The notes beneath the pieces were generated by a model. It was not told the origin of the DNA. It did no database searches and worked only from the letters and a program-made list of their open reading frames with translations. A stretch of DNA of 61,956 bases, filler included. It is 20 parts of 20 records of this genome, joined end to end, with 100 filler letters (N's around TTAATTAATTAA, not from the genome) between each part and the next. Parts side by side here need not be neighbours in the genome. Positions count along the whole stretch, not along the records: positions 30,360 to 35,708 come from SRR16133337_72844; positions 35,809 to 38,062 come from SRR16133337_72924; positions 38,163 to 40,545 come from SRR16133337_73138; positions 40,646 to 43,775 come from SRR16133337_73149; positions 43,876 to 46,340 come from SRR16133337_73176; 15 more parts are not named here. One strand, given 5' to 3'. The translations under genes were made by a program, and so were the position numbers. Shown piece by piece: positions 32,374 through 44,218 of the stretch. Each line of letters starts with the position of its first letter. The first letter of the stretch is position 1.

Positions 32374-33845
32374 TTATGGAAGATTAGTAGCAACTTCTGT
32401 TTTAATGGCGTTTATTTGTTGTTCAAAAGTTTCAAACTTTTTATGAATACTTTGCAGCACCTTTTTTTTATCATTGTCATTCATAAAAGAAAAGTTTATT
32501 GAATTATAAACGATTTGTTTTATTTGTGGATATGTGATTTCAGATACGTATTGAGTTAAAAGGACGTACTGATTAATCAAATTTGTTCTTAAAACACCTT
32601 CATCGTCCGTTGAGATGCAAACAGGGACTCCATAATCTAAATATTTTTTTATCGGGTGGCTTATCTCGTTAGTTTCAAGAATTACTTCGTTGCTTTCTAA
32701 GTTTATTTCAATCGCACAGTTATTGTTTTTCATGAATTTTAAAATATTTTCATAGTCATCTTCAAAGACTAAATCAACACCGTGTCCAATTCTTTTCGCT
32801 TTTGCAGTTCTTAAAGCTTGCTTAATATGAAATTTCAAATCGTCTTTTTTTACATCTCCTTTCTCTAAAGCTAATTCACCGGCATGAAGTGAAATATTTA
32901 CAGTTGGATATTTTTTGCTTAAAAATTCAAATATATGCATGTGAGTGGTATAGTTTTTCAACGCATTGTAGTTGTCTTCAGGAGCTACAAAATTTACACC
33001 CACAAGATTTTCGGTTAGTTTTGCTGTTTCAAAAGCCAGTAGGAGGGATCCAAAAATTTTTGGTTGATTTGAGGATACTCGAACGCCATAAGTTTGAAAC
33101 TTTAATTCAATTCCGTGTTTATCAGTTCTGCTGTAGAAACTATTCAGCGAATCAGCATTAATTTTAGCCCACTTATCAATATCATTGTTCTTATAATGTT
33201 TGTATAAGTCAACAAGTTTGTCCTCTAAAGCTCTGTTATCAGAATTCCATTTATCCTTTTCAGCGAATCTTGCCACACTATCTTGTACATTAGACACTCT
33301 TATCATAGTTTCTATGTAAGACGTATTGTCAATTAAAGCTTTTCTACATATTTCTGAAAGTAACTCAGACTCATGCCCAACGAAAGCAGGTTTAAATTTG
33401 GAGAAGGTGCTAAAAAACAAGTCATGACCATCTCTACCTCTTTTTTTATAGTTTCTTATTGACCAATTGTCTATAATAGAATCTTTTTCAGATGGCTTCT
33501 CTGCTAGCAGGAGATTTATTAATACGGCTGAACTATCTTTTTGTGAATGGGCATCTTTCTTGTCAAAATAAAGCTGGTAAGTTTTTGGATTGATATAACA
33601 ACTGTCTTTTAAGGCATTTTCAATATATTGTTCTGCATACGGTGTTCCGCTAGCATGGCATGATGGTGAATATCTCCTCCTTTTGGCATTTGTTGGAAAA
33701 ATACTTTCAATTTTTCCGAATCGCCTTTAGTTTTTTCAAAGTAGACTCCAACCTTCTTGCCAGTCTGTGTATTGAGATTTTTTTGATTATCAGAGCAAGA
33801 TAAAATAATTAACTTTATTGCGATTAATAGGAAGTATTTTTTCAT
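32374..33845 (-). pseudogene. Lipoprotein adenosine deaminase (ADGF/ADA2-like), frameshifted by a 5-bp duplication at 33653-33662
   Basis: Lipobox ILSC and MPKGGDIHHH; removing one CATGC restores HHHASGTPYAE and a continuous frame through SLHAGEL, RIGHG, STDDEG. Confidence 0.85.
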
Positions 33846-33974
33846 AATAGTTTAATTACTTACAACGTTTTAGATAAATTGTGTTTTTAATGTATTATTT
33901 CTTGTTAGTATTAGCTTTTTACCAGCTCGATCTTAACTATCGAAGGGACTTAGTAAGACGTTGTCAATAAGTCA

Positions 33975-34217
33975 TCACCAAATCCAGAGGATGCATTTCC
34001 TGCAGTCAGCTAATGTCCACCCTGAGCCACCATGACCGTAACAGTGAATAATATGTTTTTGCTGAATCATTTCAGATTCAATACGAATACCATTGGTTCT
34101 GCCAGGACGCCTACAAACAATTTGACGCTCTGTATACTGACTATAATCAGAAGGGGATATCTGCAAAGGTAATAAGTTAAATTTTACATTTGGTTGAGTT
34201 GTGGAAATACTGTTCAT
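33975..34217 (-). pseudogene. Truncated D-amino-acid oxidase-like gene fragment
   Basis: VCRRPGR..IRIE...IIHCYGHGGSGWTLA DAO motif, then similarity ends; no FAD-binding GxGxxG follows. Confidence 0.7.
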
Positions 34218-34483
34218 TATGGTAACAATTCTATAGTCAATTTTAAAGCGATTTTTTAAATGTGAAAATCTAATAACAAGGTAGACAAGTTAACAAAAAA
34301 ATTTATGGCACACGAAAAAAATCAATGGAATTAAGTGCTTATAAACTAGATTTATTGAAGTCATTTTGACTTTTTTTGTTAAAGAATTTCCTAAGAAGCC
34401 AAAACCATGAAATTAAACCCTTTCCAGGCTGATCGGGATCAAATAGCTTCATTATTAACACGTCATTTCATCATTAAAAGGTA

Positions 34484-34491
34484 TATATTTG
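34484..34491 (+). promoter_or_regulatory. Bacteroidetes -7 element TATATTTG
   Basis: TAnnTTTG 24 nt upstream of ATG 34516. Confidence 0.55.
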
Positions 34492-34515
34492 CCTTTATAC
34501 AAATCACTTAAAAAA

Positions 34516-35451
34516 ATGAATTTAGGATCTATAGGAATAGGATTGGCATTGTTGATATTAGGGGGAAATTGGTTATTGAAATCAGCAATAGGTTTTTCAT
34601 TAAAATTACGGATTCCTAAAATTGTTATCGGGATGACTGTAGTTTCGTTTGCCACTTCAGCACCTGAATTGATTGTAAGTTTAAGATCTGCTTTACAAGG
34701 GCATTCAGATTTGGCATTGGGAAATGTCATCGGTTCTAATATCGCTAATTTAGGATTGGTTTTAGGAGTCACGATTTTACTTTCTACAATTACCCTAGAA
34801 AAAGATTTTTACAAAACAGATTGGTCTGTTATGATGTTTTCCTCTATTTTACTCTATGTATTTTTAATCTTTGACGGAATTTTACAATCTTATGAAGGAG
34901 CCATCTTATTTTTACTTTTATTGGTTTTTTTAATTTATTTGCTAAAATATCAAAAAACAGCTGTGATAGATGAGATGCCTGAAGATGATGAGGAATTACC
35001 TTTGTACAAAGGAGTTCTATTTTTGACATTAGGAGGAGTAGTGTTATGGGCAGGTTCAGAATTATTGATAAATGGTGCTGTGGGATTGGCAAATAAATTC
35101 GGAGTAAGTGAAAGAATTATAGGGGTTACTATCGTATCCGTTGGGACAAGTATTCCAGAGTTATCGACATCTATAATAGCTGTTTTAAAGAAAGAGAAAG
35201 CCATTTCAATAGGGAATCTTATTGGATCTAATATATTTAACATACTTGCCGTATTAGGAATTACATCAATGATTTCTCCAATTACGGTTAAAGATATAGG
35301 CTTAATTCAAAATGATATCTATGGAATGTTAGCAGTCGCATTGTTGTTATTGCCACTAGGCTTTTTATTTTCGAAGATGAAATTAGGTAAAAAAGAAGGG
35401 GTTATTTTACTGGTTTTCTATATTGTTTTTATATACCAGATGATTCCATAA
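34516..35451 (+). CDS. Calcium/sodium antiporter (YrbG/CaCA family)
   Basis: Two alpha repeats: ATSAPEL...GNVIGSNIAN and GTSIPEL...GNLIGSNIFN. Confidence 0.93.
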   Translation: MNLGSIGIGLALLILGGNWLLKSAIGFSLKLRIPKIVIGMTVVSFATSAPELIVSLRSALQGHSDLALGNVIGSNIANLGLVLGVTILLSTITLEKDFYKTDWSVMMFSSILLYVFLIFDGILQSYEGAILFLLLLVFLIYLLKYQKTAVIDEMPEDDEELPLYKGVLFLTLGGVVLWAGSELLINGAVGLANKFGVSERIIGVTIVSVGTSIPELSTSIIAVLKKEKAISIGNLIGSNIFNILAVLGITSMISPITVKDIGLIQNDIYGMLAVALLLLPLGFLFSKMKLGKKEGVILLVFYIVFIYQMIP

Positions 35452-35510
35452 GCGTTTTCTTTTAATTGGTAGGTTGTTCGGAGAATTTAGCTCTTTTATT
35501 TTTGTGAGTA

Positions 35511-35546
35511 AATTTTCAAGGATAGCCATAGCTACCCTTGAAAATT
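35511..35546. repeat. Palindromic repeat related to the right end of the composite repeat
   Basis: aattttcaagg-atagccatagctac-ccttgaaaatt; compare aaattttcaagcatagc near 21980. Confidence 0.6.
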
Positions 35547-36360
35547 GAAATGAGTTTTGAATTTTCGCTGTCGGTCAAAAACTTAAAGTATTACTGTTAA
35601 AGCTTATATCTAACCTAAAGCAAAAGAGACTGTTATAAATTTGGAAGCCTATTGTTTTGAGTTATAGGCTACTTGTTGATTTTTTTTGAATTTTTTAGAA
35701 ACAGGTTTNNNNNNNNNNNNNNNNNNNNNNNNNNNNNNNNNNNNNNNNNNNNTTAATTAATTAANNNNNNNNNNNNNNNNNNNNNNNNNNNNNNNNNNNN
35801 NNNNNNNNCTGCATTTGTGACCAAAAATTTTTTTTGTGCAAAACTTTTGAAAATTGTAACATGAATTTTTCCCTCAAACTGGGGGAAATGTTCACATCAC
35901 GCACTGCTACATGAGAAAAAGGTGTAGGATGTCATGGGGATTGAATTTCCCGTTGCCGACGATTTCACTTCAAGAGTGGAACGGTGGAGTACAGTAGTGT
36001 GTTTTTCCAGATAACATGTAGAGAAAGGTGTCAAACATTATTTCTTGTGTGGCACAAATACTTACAATTGTCCTTTTCAATCGATGAAAAATATAATTTA
36101 TTTTAAAAATGACAGACTTATAATAGAAAATTTCAACACAAGTGCTGTTTTTCATAATAGTAAAAGTACAGTTTGGACACATTTTACACATCTGGTATAG
36201 AAGTTTGCTCAAGTCTTTGCATTTTTAATTTAATCAGCAAACACAAAAAAATCGGTTGTGATTCAAATTTTGTCAAAATCTCTTGAAGCTTTCAATTTGC
36301 AGAAAATTTGTAGGACTTAGTAGAGTGCATTGCAGGAACCAGAAGATTTCATAATATTGT

Positions 36361-37506
36361 ATTGAATTTGTTCCTGCAAATATTGTCGCAATCATTTCAT
36401 AAATATACCCCAAAGACATTTTGATATGCATATGGGATATTTTTTCAGGAAAAGCAGTTTTTGAGCAATTAATTTATGCAAAAAATACGAAAGAAAATTT
36501 CCTTCAATTATTTTACGTCAGCAACCTAGTTTTTGTACGCCCGATCACAGAAGAGTAGTACTTTTCAACTAATGTCTTTTCACATATCTTTCTTAACGTT
36601 ACATCTCAGGTTGTCGGTGTGTGGGAAGAAGAGGGAACGGGTGCGTATAGATATGTAAGGAATATTTTCGACTCTATATTACCAGGGGAAACCTAATATA
36701 TCAGAGTACAGCACAATTTCCTTATTGACTTTCGCAAGTTTAGGAAGTTTGTGCTTGAAAATCTTGAAACATATGTATTTCAGTGGGTTTGTTTTTAATT
36801 CGTTTTTTGTGACGCCGGCAGATAATACCAGATGTGTATTACGGACCTAAAAATGTTGGAGCTCTACTACTAGAGATTACAATAATATGTTTGTCTCCAA
36901 ACCTGATTTTCCCTAAAACTTTCATTATCAATTTTTTATTTTTTTTGTGTATATAAAGACAAATCATAAAAATATTTAAAACACACAATTTCAGAAATTT
37001 GAGTTCGTTCACGCCTGACAGCAAAGCAAACAACTGACACTAATTGGCGTAATTTTTCTTGTTACAAATGTAAATGCGTTTTGAATTTATAGTATCACCA
37101 TAAAAGTTTCAAAAATCAAACAAATCAAATTTTTGGAAAGTTGTGGTTTTATGATGTGGTATGTGGGAGTCATTCATCCATTAATATATACCGTAATATC
37201 AAATTCCACCATTTCTTGTACAAATAGCATTGAAAATGCGCGCAGTTTGGTATTTTTGTTGTAAACTTTTGTACAACTCCATTAAACTTAATTGGAACTA
37301 TAGTTCGAAGCAAGATTTATCAAACACATTAAATTGTATGGCAGGGTTCAACCGTCGCTGAGCAATTATTGAATTTGTTCCTGCGAATAGTATCACGACC
37401 ATTTCATAAATATACACCAAAGAAATTTCAATCTGCATATGGGACATATTTTCCTCGACTTTTCTTTTTTTAAACAACGAATTTATGCGAAAAACACGAA
37501 AGAAAA
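36361..37506 (+). repeat. Diverged ~140-bp direct repeat pair (36361-36497 and 37368-37506)
   Basis: Both start attgaatttgttcctgc, share catttcataaatatac and gcatatggga, and end acgaaagaaaa. Confidence 0.8.
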
Positions 37507-38851
37507 AGAATGAGATAGTTTTAGGTTAACGACCTCGCTCATGTGCACTCGATTACCGAAAGATATCAAAACGTATTTTCACTGAATTTAGTTTTTTACC
37601 TGCATGCTGTAATCTTGCAATTTGCAATTCATGCGCCCTACTCGAGTTGTAGCTACCACAAACACAAACACCCTCCTAACTCCAGGATGATCTTATGTTT
37701 TCCCCCAAAAAATATATTTATTTGTGAGACTCACATTTGTTATAATTTTTACTACGCGGACCATTAAATTTAGGACTTCACACTACTTTAGAGTAAGATT
37801 TTCCTCTTCGAACACTTTTGAAGTTTCTTATCAAACTATTTTTTCCAAAAACTTTCAATGTCGATATTTTGGCTTTTTTGTACATAAAATAAATAATACA
37901 AAAACATACATTTGTATTTGCAGCAGTGATAATATGAAGGCTAAATTGATTATTTTTACTTGCTGCAAATACAAATGTATTTTTTCTTTATAAGCTCGAT
38001 GATTAATTTTGAATCCACATGAGATGTTCTGTGAAGGACAATAACGTGTTGTTTTTTGGACCNNNNNNNNNNNNNNNNNNNNNNNNNNNNNNNNNNNNNN
38101 NNNNNNTTAATTAATTAANNNNNNNNNNNNNNNNNNNNNNNNNNNNNNNNNNNNNNNNNNNNAACACGTTTATTAAATATCAGACATATCATGAAAAGAA
38201 TCTCCCTCAGATTCGCTGTTAGTATCATTTTCACTTCCCAAAACCAACGATGACCACAACTAAATTTTTTAATTGCGCACTATATATCGTGATCTGAATT
38301 TGCATGCACACGATATATCATGATCTTGCCGGAAGAGGTGTGATGGTGGCGTGGTAAAGTAGGGGATCTATGTTTTGTTTACGCGACAAACGGGTGAGAA
38401 TCAATTTCATAAAAGCCGAGCAATTGTCGACGTTTGAATTATTATGTCTCCTTGCTGAACCCAAATGGAATAAAACACAAAATAGCCGCCTACCCATTCC
38501 GCCCCATCACGCCTACCTTTTTAGGAATCCTATCAACCCAGAAGTATGCGAACCTGATATATTTTCGTTTGTTGCCATTTTGCTGCGGCAGTGAACACGC
38601 AGATCTGTAACAGCAGCACAGAGCGCCCAAAAACCACAAATTTGGCCCGAATTTTTCCACCTCCGCAAAACAGACGCAGACAGATACAGACCCACCTTCC
38701 TCCCACCACATTCTCTTCGCTTTTGGGTGTAAGTGTATGTACATTAAACTGCAAGTGAGCACCATAAATACCAAAAACCACCCCACTCATGGCGCCAAAA
38801 AAATCACAAAAAATAATGTAGCGAAATGCCACAGCATTGGTGAAGCCATAC

Positions 38852-39950
38852 CTCTTCAAGCTTGTTGACTTGGTGCTCTCTCTTTTGCAGTGCATCCCGG
38901 GATGTTTCCAAGAGAGTTTTGAGTTCCTTCTTTTTCTTTGCTTGTCGGAACCACAACTGAATATTTTGTGCTGCTGTCTATAAAATACAAGAGAGTGAAA
39001 TGGAGTAACACCGTGATTTCTAATTGTGGTGCCAACCCCAACACAACACGGTTCATTCCGTTCTTCCAAATAAGTGACAACCCCAGTGAAGTGAAAAAGG
39101 CACCAATTAATTACCACAATAAGAAATTGACAAGCAAATGAGCCAAGCTCAGTGAGCATCTTGTGGCATGTATTCTTTGACTGAATTAAATTTTGTTGTT
39201 TCTGTGGGTTTGAAAGTGAAGTCCGTAGTACGGTAGAATTATGATTAAATTTTCACTGCTCAAAAGTGAAGGGAAGGGCGCATTGAAAGCCCTGGTGGAC
39301 AATAGCCCAACACCGCTTTTTTTGAGTGTGGAGTGGGGTGGAAATGCGAACACGAAAGTGAAATCAGAACTTTATGCTCCTTGGTGAAATCAGACTGAAA
39401 TTGAGTGAGGATCTCGAGAATTCGCACTTCTCAAAATGTTCAATTTTCCAATAATCCCAAAAGTGAAATTTGTTTGATATGAAATTTCATGATAAGAATT
39501 TTCTGTTAAAGAAAGCCCTACACTCAGAGGGAAAGGAGCATCGACTAAATTGACACCCAATTCTGATCCAAAAATAAAACATTCAACAAATTTTTGCACC
39601 AAAACAAACGAACAAGCTTCCCGCCCAAATGTTTTCTTTCATACCTGGTGGTCCACAAGTTTGGAGCAGTCGATGCAGACCCTTTGAATATCCCCGCAAC
39701 TGAACGGCAACCTCACTTTGCAACACTCGTCGCAAAATGTAAGACCGCAGTTTCGGCAATGATGGTTGCTGGGGACCCATGCAGGATTAAACACCTCCAG
39801 CAAAGGGGCAACCCAGCTCACATTTTTGCCGCAACCACCACAAGCAGCTGTGTTCGATGCCCACTCAGAGCTCGTTCGTGCTAATGGCTCATTACGTAAA
39901 AAATTGACCTGGATGGACTTTCGAGTAGTCTCAATGCTAGTCGAGGTCAT
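38852..39950 (-). CDS. FYVE zinc finger plus IQ-like / coiled-coil protein (exons 39645-39950 and 38852-38977; continues 3')
   Basis: CGGC...HHCRNCGLTFCDECC...RVCIDC; phase-0 GT-AG join to TAAQNIQLWFRQAKKKKELKTLLE. Confidence 0.8.
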
Positions 39951-41383
39951 ATCGTCATATCATGTGTTGAACTTTTAAAATTCGAATTAAGTTGGTTTCA
40001 TATGTTTGAGTTTTTTCTACACTAACACTTTACATATGAACACCAACGAAATCTAATGGGCATCAATTCCGAGCGAAATTGACTTGACAAATGTGCGAGT
40101 GCTAATCGACATATTTCTGAGTTTTTCTGTTTGCTTTTGCGTGTCCGGGTGGTTTTAGAAGTGTCTGTTATGCTTCCGCACGCGTCCGGCCAGCCTCAGC
40201 ATGGCTCCATGCATGATAATTTCGAGATGCGCTACATCAATCGTGCTTTTCAAGCAAATCAAATGGATTTTGAGCGTGCTGCCTCCACAATGGTGAATTT
40301 GTGTATTTCTCCATCTTCTGTTTATAAAGCCACTCAGTACAGAAAACGTATGTGCCACGTCACACGCCAAGAAGTCCAATGAAAAATAAAATGAAATTAC
40401 GTTGTAAAATTTCATGAAAAAGATTGAAAAGCTCCCGATCCTCCATGAAATCTCTTCACTTACGTATTCCCCTCACCACACACCACTCACACTCCACCCC
40501 CACTCCATTACCACCCCACTACACTACTATTTTTTCATGAAAATGNNNNNNNNNNNNNNNNNNNNNNNNNNNNNNNNNNNNNNNNNNNNTTAATTAATTA
40601 ANNNNNNNNNNNNNNNNNNNNNNNNNNNNNNNNNNNNNNNNNNNNTTTTGAACGCTACGAACTCCCACGAACTCCAGAGAACTCCAGAGAACCCCGCCGG
40701 AATTGATGCCTTAAAAAGACATGTTTTTCATGATTTTTTTATTTTTTACAGTTCCAGTGTTAGATTATCGTCATAATTTAACAACTTACACTTCAGTACA
40801 GCAAATTATATTCAGAAACCGTGTCGCACACCAATTTTCATCTCTTAAAGCAAACATTGAGTGATATAGTTTTTTGGGTGCTGGTTGACCGTTACATTTA
40901 AGTGAAATTAAACGTGCAGCGACCTGTATTATTTTTTCTAACAACAAACCAACTTGAAAAATTGAATTTCAAAAGTAGGAGGTAAGAACACGTGTTATGG
41001 TAGCACGCAACACGTACTTCTTGTACCTCTGACAGCATTTCAACACAATGGCGCTCTACCAAAAGGACAACTAGTATTTTTTGATCCAATGAAATGCTTG
41101 CCAGTGGGTGTCAGATTCAATGAATTGTCTTGATTTTAATCTTATGGTCAGTTTGTGCATGTGTGATGGGTGGAAGGTTGCAACAGCTTGTGCAACAAAT
41201 ATGATGGGCGCAAAATAGTGAGATGTGGTCGCTGAATGATGACGAAATTAGCATGGTCGCCACATTGAAATTAGCATGGTCGAAAACATTAATCGAAAAT
41301 CCTTTCGATTTCAATAATAAAAACTAAACGAAGTCAATTCCCATCATTGCTTCATCTATCAGCACATGTACAATTTGTTACAT

Positions 41384-43704
41384 ATGTTTCACAAGCAGTA
41401 TTTCAAAGACAGTTCAGAGACGGTAAGCCTACCGTATTTGGACGATAAAAGGACGCCTGTTCATAGACCGTCTATGAATGGTTACAGTATTTGAATGGTT
41501 CATGGATGGTCGTCATTTTACCGTCCAAAGACGGTCCCGTCTCTGAACCATCTTTGAAAATTCTAACATTACTGCACGTCTATAAAATCCCGATGTATTT
41601 TTCTTTACCTATGACCTACGAATTTTGTGAGTGTGCACTTTTCTTGAGCTTTCTTCGTCTTGTGGGCTTTAGTAGAATAATTTTATTGTTTTTTCCTAAT
41701 AGCGACGAGGAAGAGGCGGTGGTGGACGTGGCCAACAAAAAAATGGTACTCCACATCAGAGGGGTTCCTTCAGACAAACAACACCGAGACGAACCGCACA
41801 CTCTCAGTCATCACACCAAAATGGATTTAACCAACGTCAACAATCACATTTTGGTTCTAAGATGGATCAACAAGGTGGGCCCCAGACCACTCAACGAGGG
41901 CCACCGCGCCAGATGCCACATGGTACCAATCAGCAAAATATGGGGCCACAAGGAGCTCCCTTTGACGGTGCACAACACGGCGGACCCCACAGGTATATAA
42001 TAAATGTCTTCTTGGGGAAATAGAAGAATGGACTTGGTTCTGATCTAGCAGAACACTAAGTCTTGCGAACGAGGAATGGGAAAGAATGAGTGGTTTACAG
42101 AAACAGTTGTTTTAAACTTGTGGTAATTTCCAATAAAGATGCTCAACATTTTGATGCCTTGCAAATGAACTCTTTGTTTGTGATTTTTCGTGTTTAGAGG
42201 AGGACAGATGGTCCCACAACAGAATTTCCCACAACATAACTTCCCGCAACAAAACTTCCAAGAGCAGTTTCCTGAACCTCAAAATGCTCCTGTTCCAATT
42301 GTCATGAAGAACAAAACTGGGACGAGGTAGGTAAACGGGTTCTTTTGAATACAAGGCACTCTTTTCTCCTAATGAAGAGTGTCGTTGCATGTTTTTTGGT
42401 GTGGTGGGGAAATCGAAGAAAAGTTTTATTTTTTGAAAACTACAATTTTTCAGCATGAAATTACTGTTGCAGACAATCATATTATGTCCGTTCGTTTTTT
42501 TATAGTTATTGTGGTGGTCTTTCAAAACCAACACTTCCCCGTTCTGTTCATTTAAGTTTCGTGTGTCACAACCTGACAAAATGCACAACTGGGAAACGTT
42601 TTATTTTAGCAGGTTACAGTATTTTTGGCATCAGAATACAGTTTAGTTGCACCGTTGCTTCTATCAATTGACTTAAAAATAAGCACTTTCCATGAAAACA
42701 ACACAAAAATAGTTTTTTCTCGAAACGGGATGAATTTATTTTCATAAGTACCCATCATTGATTAGGATTAATATTTTGAAATGTGGTGTGTGTGTTTAGG
42801 CTGTTTGTTGGAAGCGTTGCAAGTGATTGCAATGAAGAAACTTTTACTAAGCTTATCGAAGACATCCTTGGAAAGAAGAACTGTATCACAGATGTTTTCG
42901 TTAACCCTGAAAAAAGCTTTGCTTTTGTTGACATGGTAGGCGCGTGTATATAAAAACAATGGATTGTGGGTGGACGTGTAGTTGGGAGTGGGGTGGTGGG
43001 AACGTGTTCTTTCTTAATTTAGGGCGTTTGAATTAGCATTTTTGTATTTGTTGTCCCAAAGCGTTGTTGTTAGGCAATTTGTTTGACCATGCTACAAAAT
43101 ACAAAAGCTTGGTACGCTTTGTAAACTCATTTATGGCGACAACCCATAATTTTGTTTTGGCCACGTCCATGTTTTCCACCTCAAAAGCTAATTGGATTCT
43201 TACTTTGACAACAAGAATCAAAAACTTGGCAAAAACTTGTCGAACATTTTTAATAAAAAACGTATCGTTATGCTAGCCGGATTCTAATATTTTTAGCTCG
43301 AAATTTTGCAAACAGGCATGCTAAAAACAAATCTGGCTCAAACAGTAGTCAGCCCGAAATTAAACAAACGAATAAAAAATAAATTTAAGGGCCAACTTTC
43401 CATGTTGGAACAAAAGTTGTATTTTTCTCATCGACGCCTTTTATATTAAATTTTGCCCAAACGTGTTATTTGGAGAAGTCTATTTGTCTGACAATTGTTT
43501 GTTTGAGAGCAACCAAAAATTCATTACTTCAAACTAAGTGTGTTTTTGGTTTAGGACACCCGCGAAAACGCTACAACAGTGAAGAATCATTTAGACGGAA
43601 AACTTGTCCGAAATAGGCATCTCGTGGTGCGTCGTGCAAATCATAAATCATCCATTTTCGTGAGAAACATCCCAGATTCGGTCTCAAATGAAATTCTGTA
43701 CAAG
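41384..43704 (+). CDS. DBHS family (NONO/SFPQ/PSPC1-like) RNA-binding protein, 5 exons: 41384-41422, 41703-41992, 42198-42326, 42800-42935, 43555-43704; 3' truncated
   Basis: All introns GT-AG and phase-consistent; RG- and G/P/Q-rich N-terminus, RRM1 RLFVGS...VFVNPEKSFAFV..TRENA...LDGK, short linker and RRM2 start HKSSIFVRNIPDSVSNEILYK. Confidence 0.82.
41431..41535. mobile_element. MITE-like element in intron 1 of the DBHS gene
   Basis: Imperfect 25-bp terminal inverted repeats accgtatttggacgataaaaggacg / cgtcattttaccgtccaaagacggt; internal palindrome ttcatagac-c-gtctatgaa. Confidence 0.5.
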
Positions 43705-44218
43705 GTATGTATAACTGTTACGGTGTCTGATTCGTCGAGTTAAAGACGTTAAGGTAGGACAATGTCTTAGGATTTNNNNNNNNNNNNNNNNNNNNNNNNN
43801 NNNNNNNNNNNNNNNNNNNTTAATTAATTAANNNNNNNNNNNNNNNNNNNNNNNNNNNNNNNNNNNNNNNNNNNNACCCCCCCCCCCCCCTCTCTTGACC
43901 TGCTTTTGGCTCAAATTGGGAAGGAGTGGGTTTAATTCAAAAAACATCAGTGCCAACATTTTTCAGAAGTATTCTGTGTAGATGTACAGTAGAATAGAGG
44001 AAAATGAGTCTTAAAATGCATGTTGAAAGCCCAAAACTCGAAATTTTGAGCCCTAAAAGCCTAAATGTTGGTTGAAATGCTGTGTTGATGATTTATTCAA
44101 TAATAAATTAATTAAAATGTCGATGACTACTACATGAAAGTCCAACAGATTTTGAGTTTTGGAAGGGAGGGGGTTAATAGAGGGAGGGGGTTTAATATAT
44201 GATAGAGCCTATACACAC

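Noticed and set aside
32131-32502. 123-aa plus-strand ORF
   Set aside because: Overlaps the deaminase antisense and has no recognizable motif
12251-35708. Horizontal transfer of flavobacterial genes into the eukaryote
   Set aside because: Bacterial blocks are separate contigs with operons and Bacteroidetes promoters, and no junction with eukaryotic DNA
35600-35708. Possible IS end at the contig edge (gagactgttataaat)
   Set aside because: No partner repeat or transposase is visible
40209-40292. UBA-like peptide FEMRYINRAFQANQMDFERAASTM
   Set aside because: Too short, and no supporting exons were found
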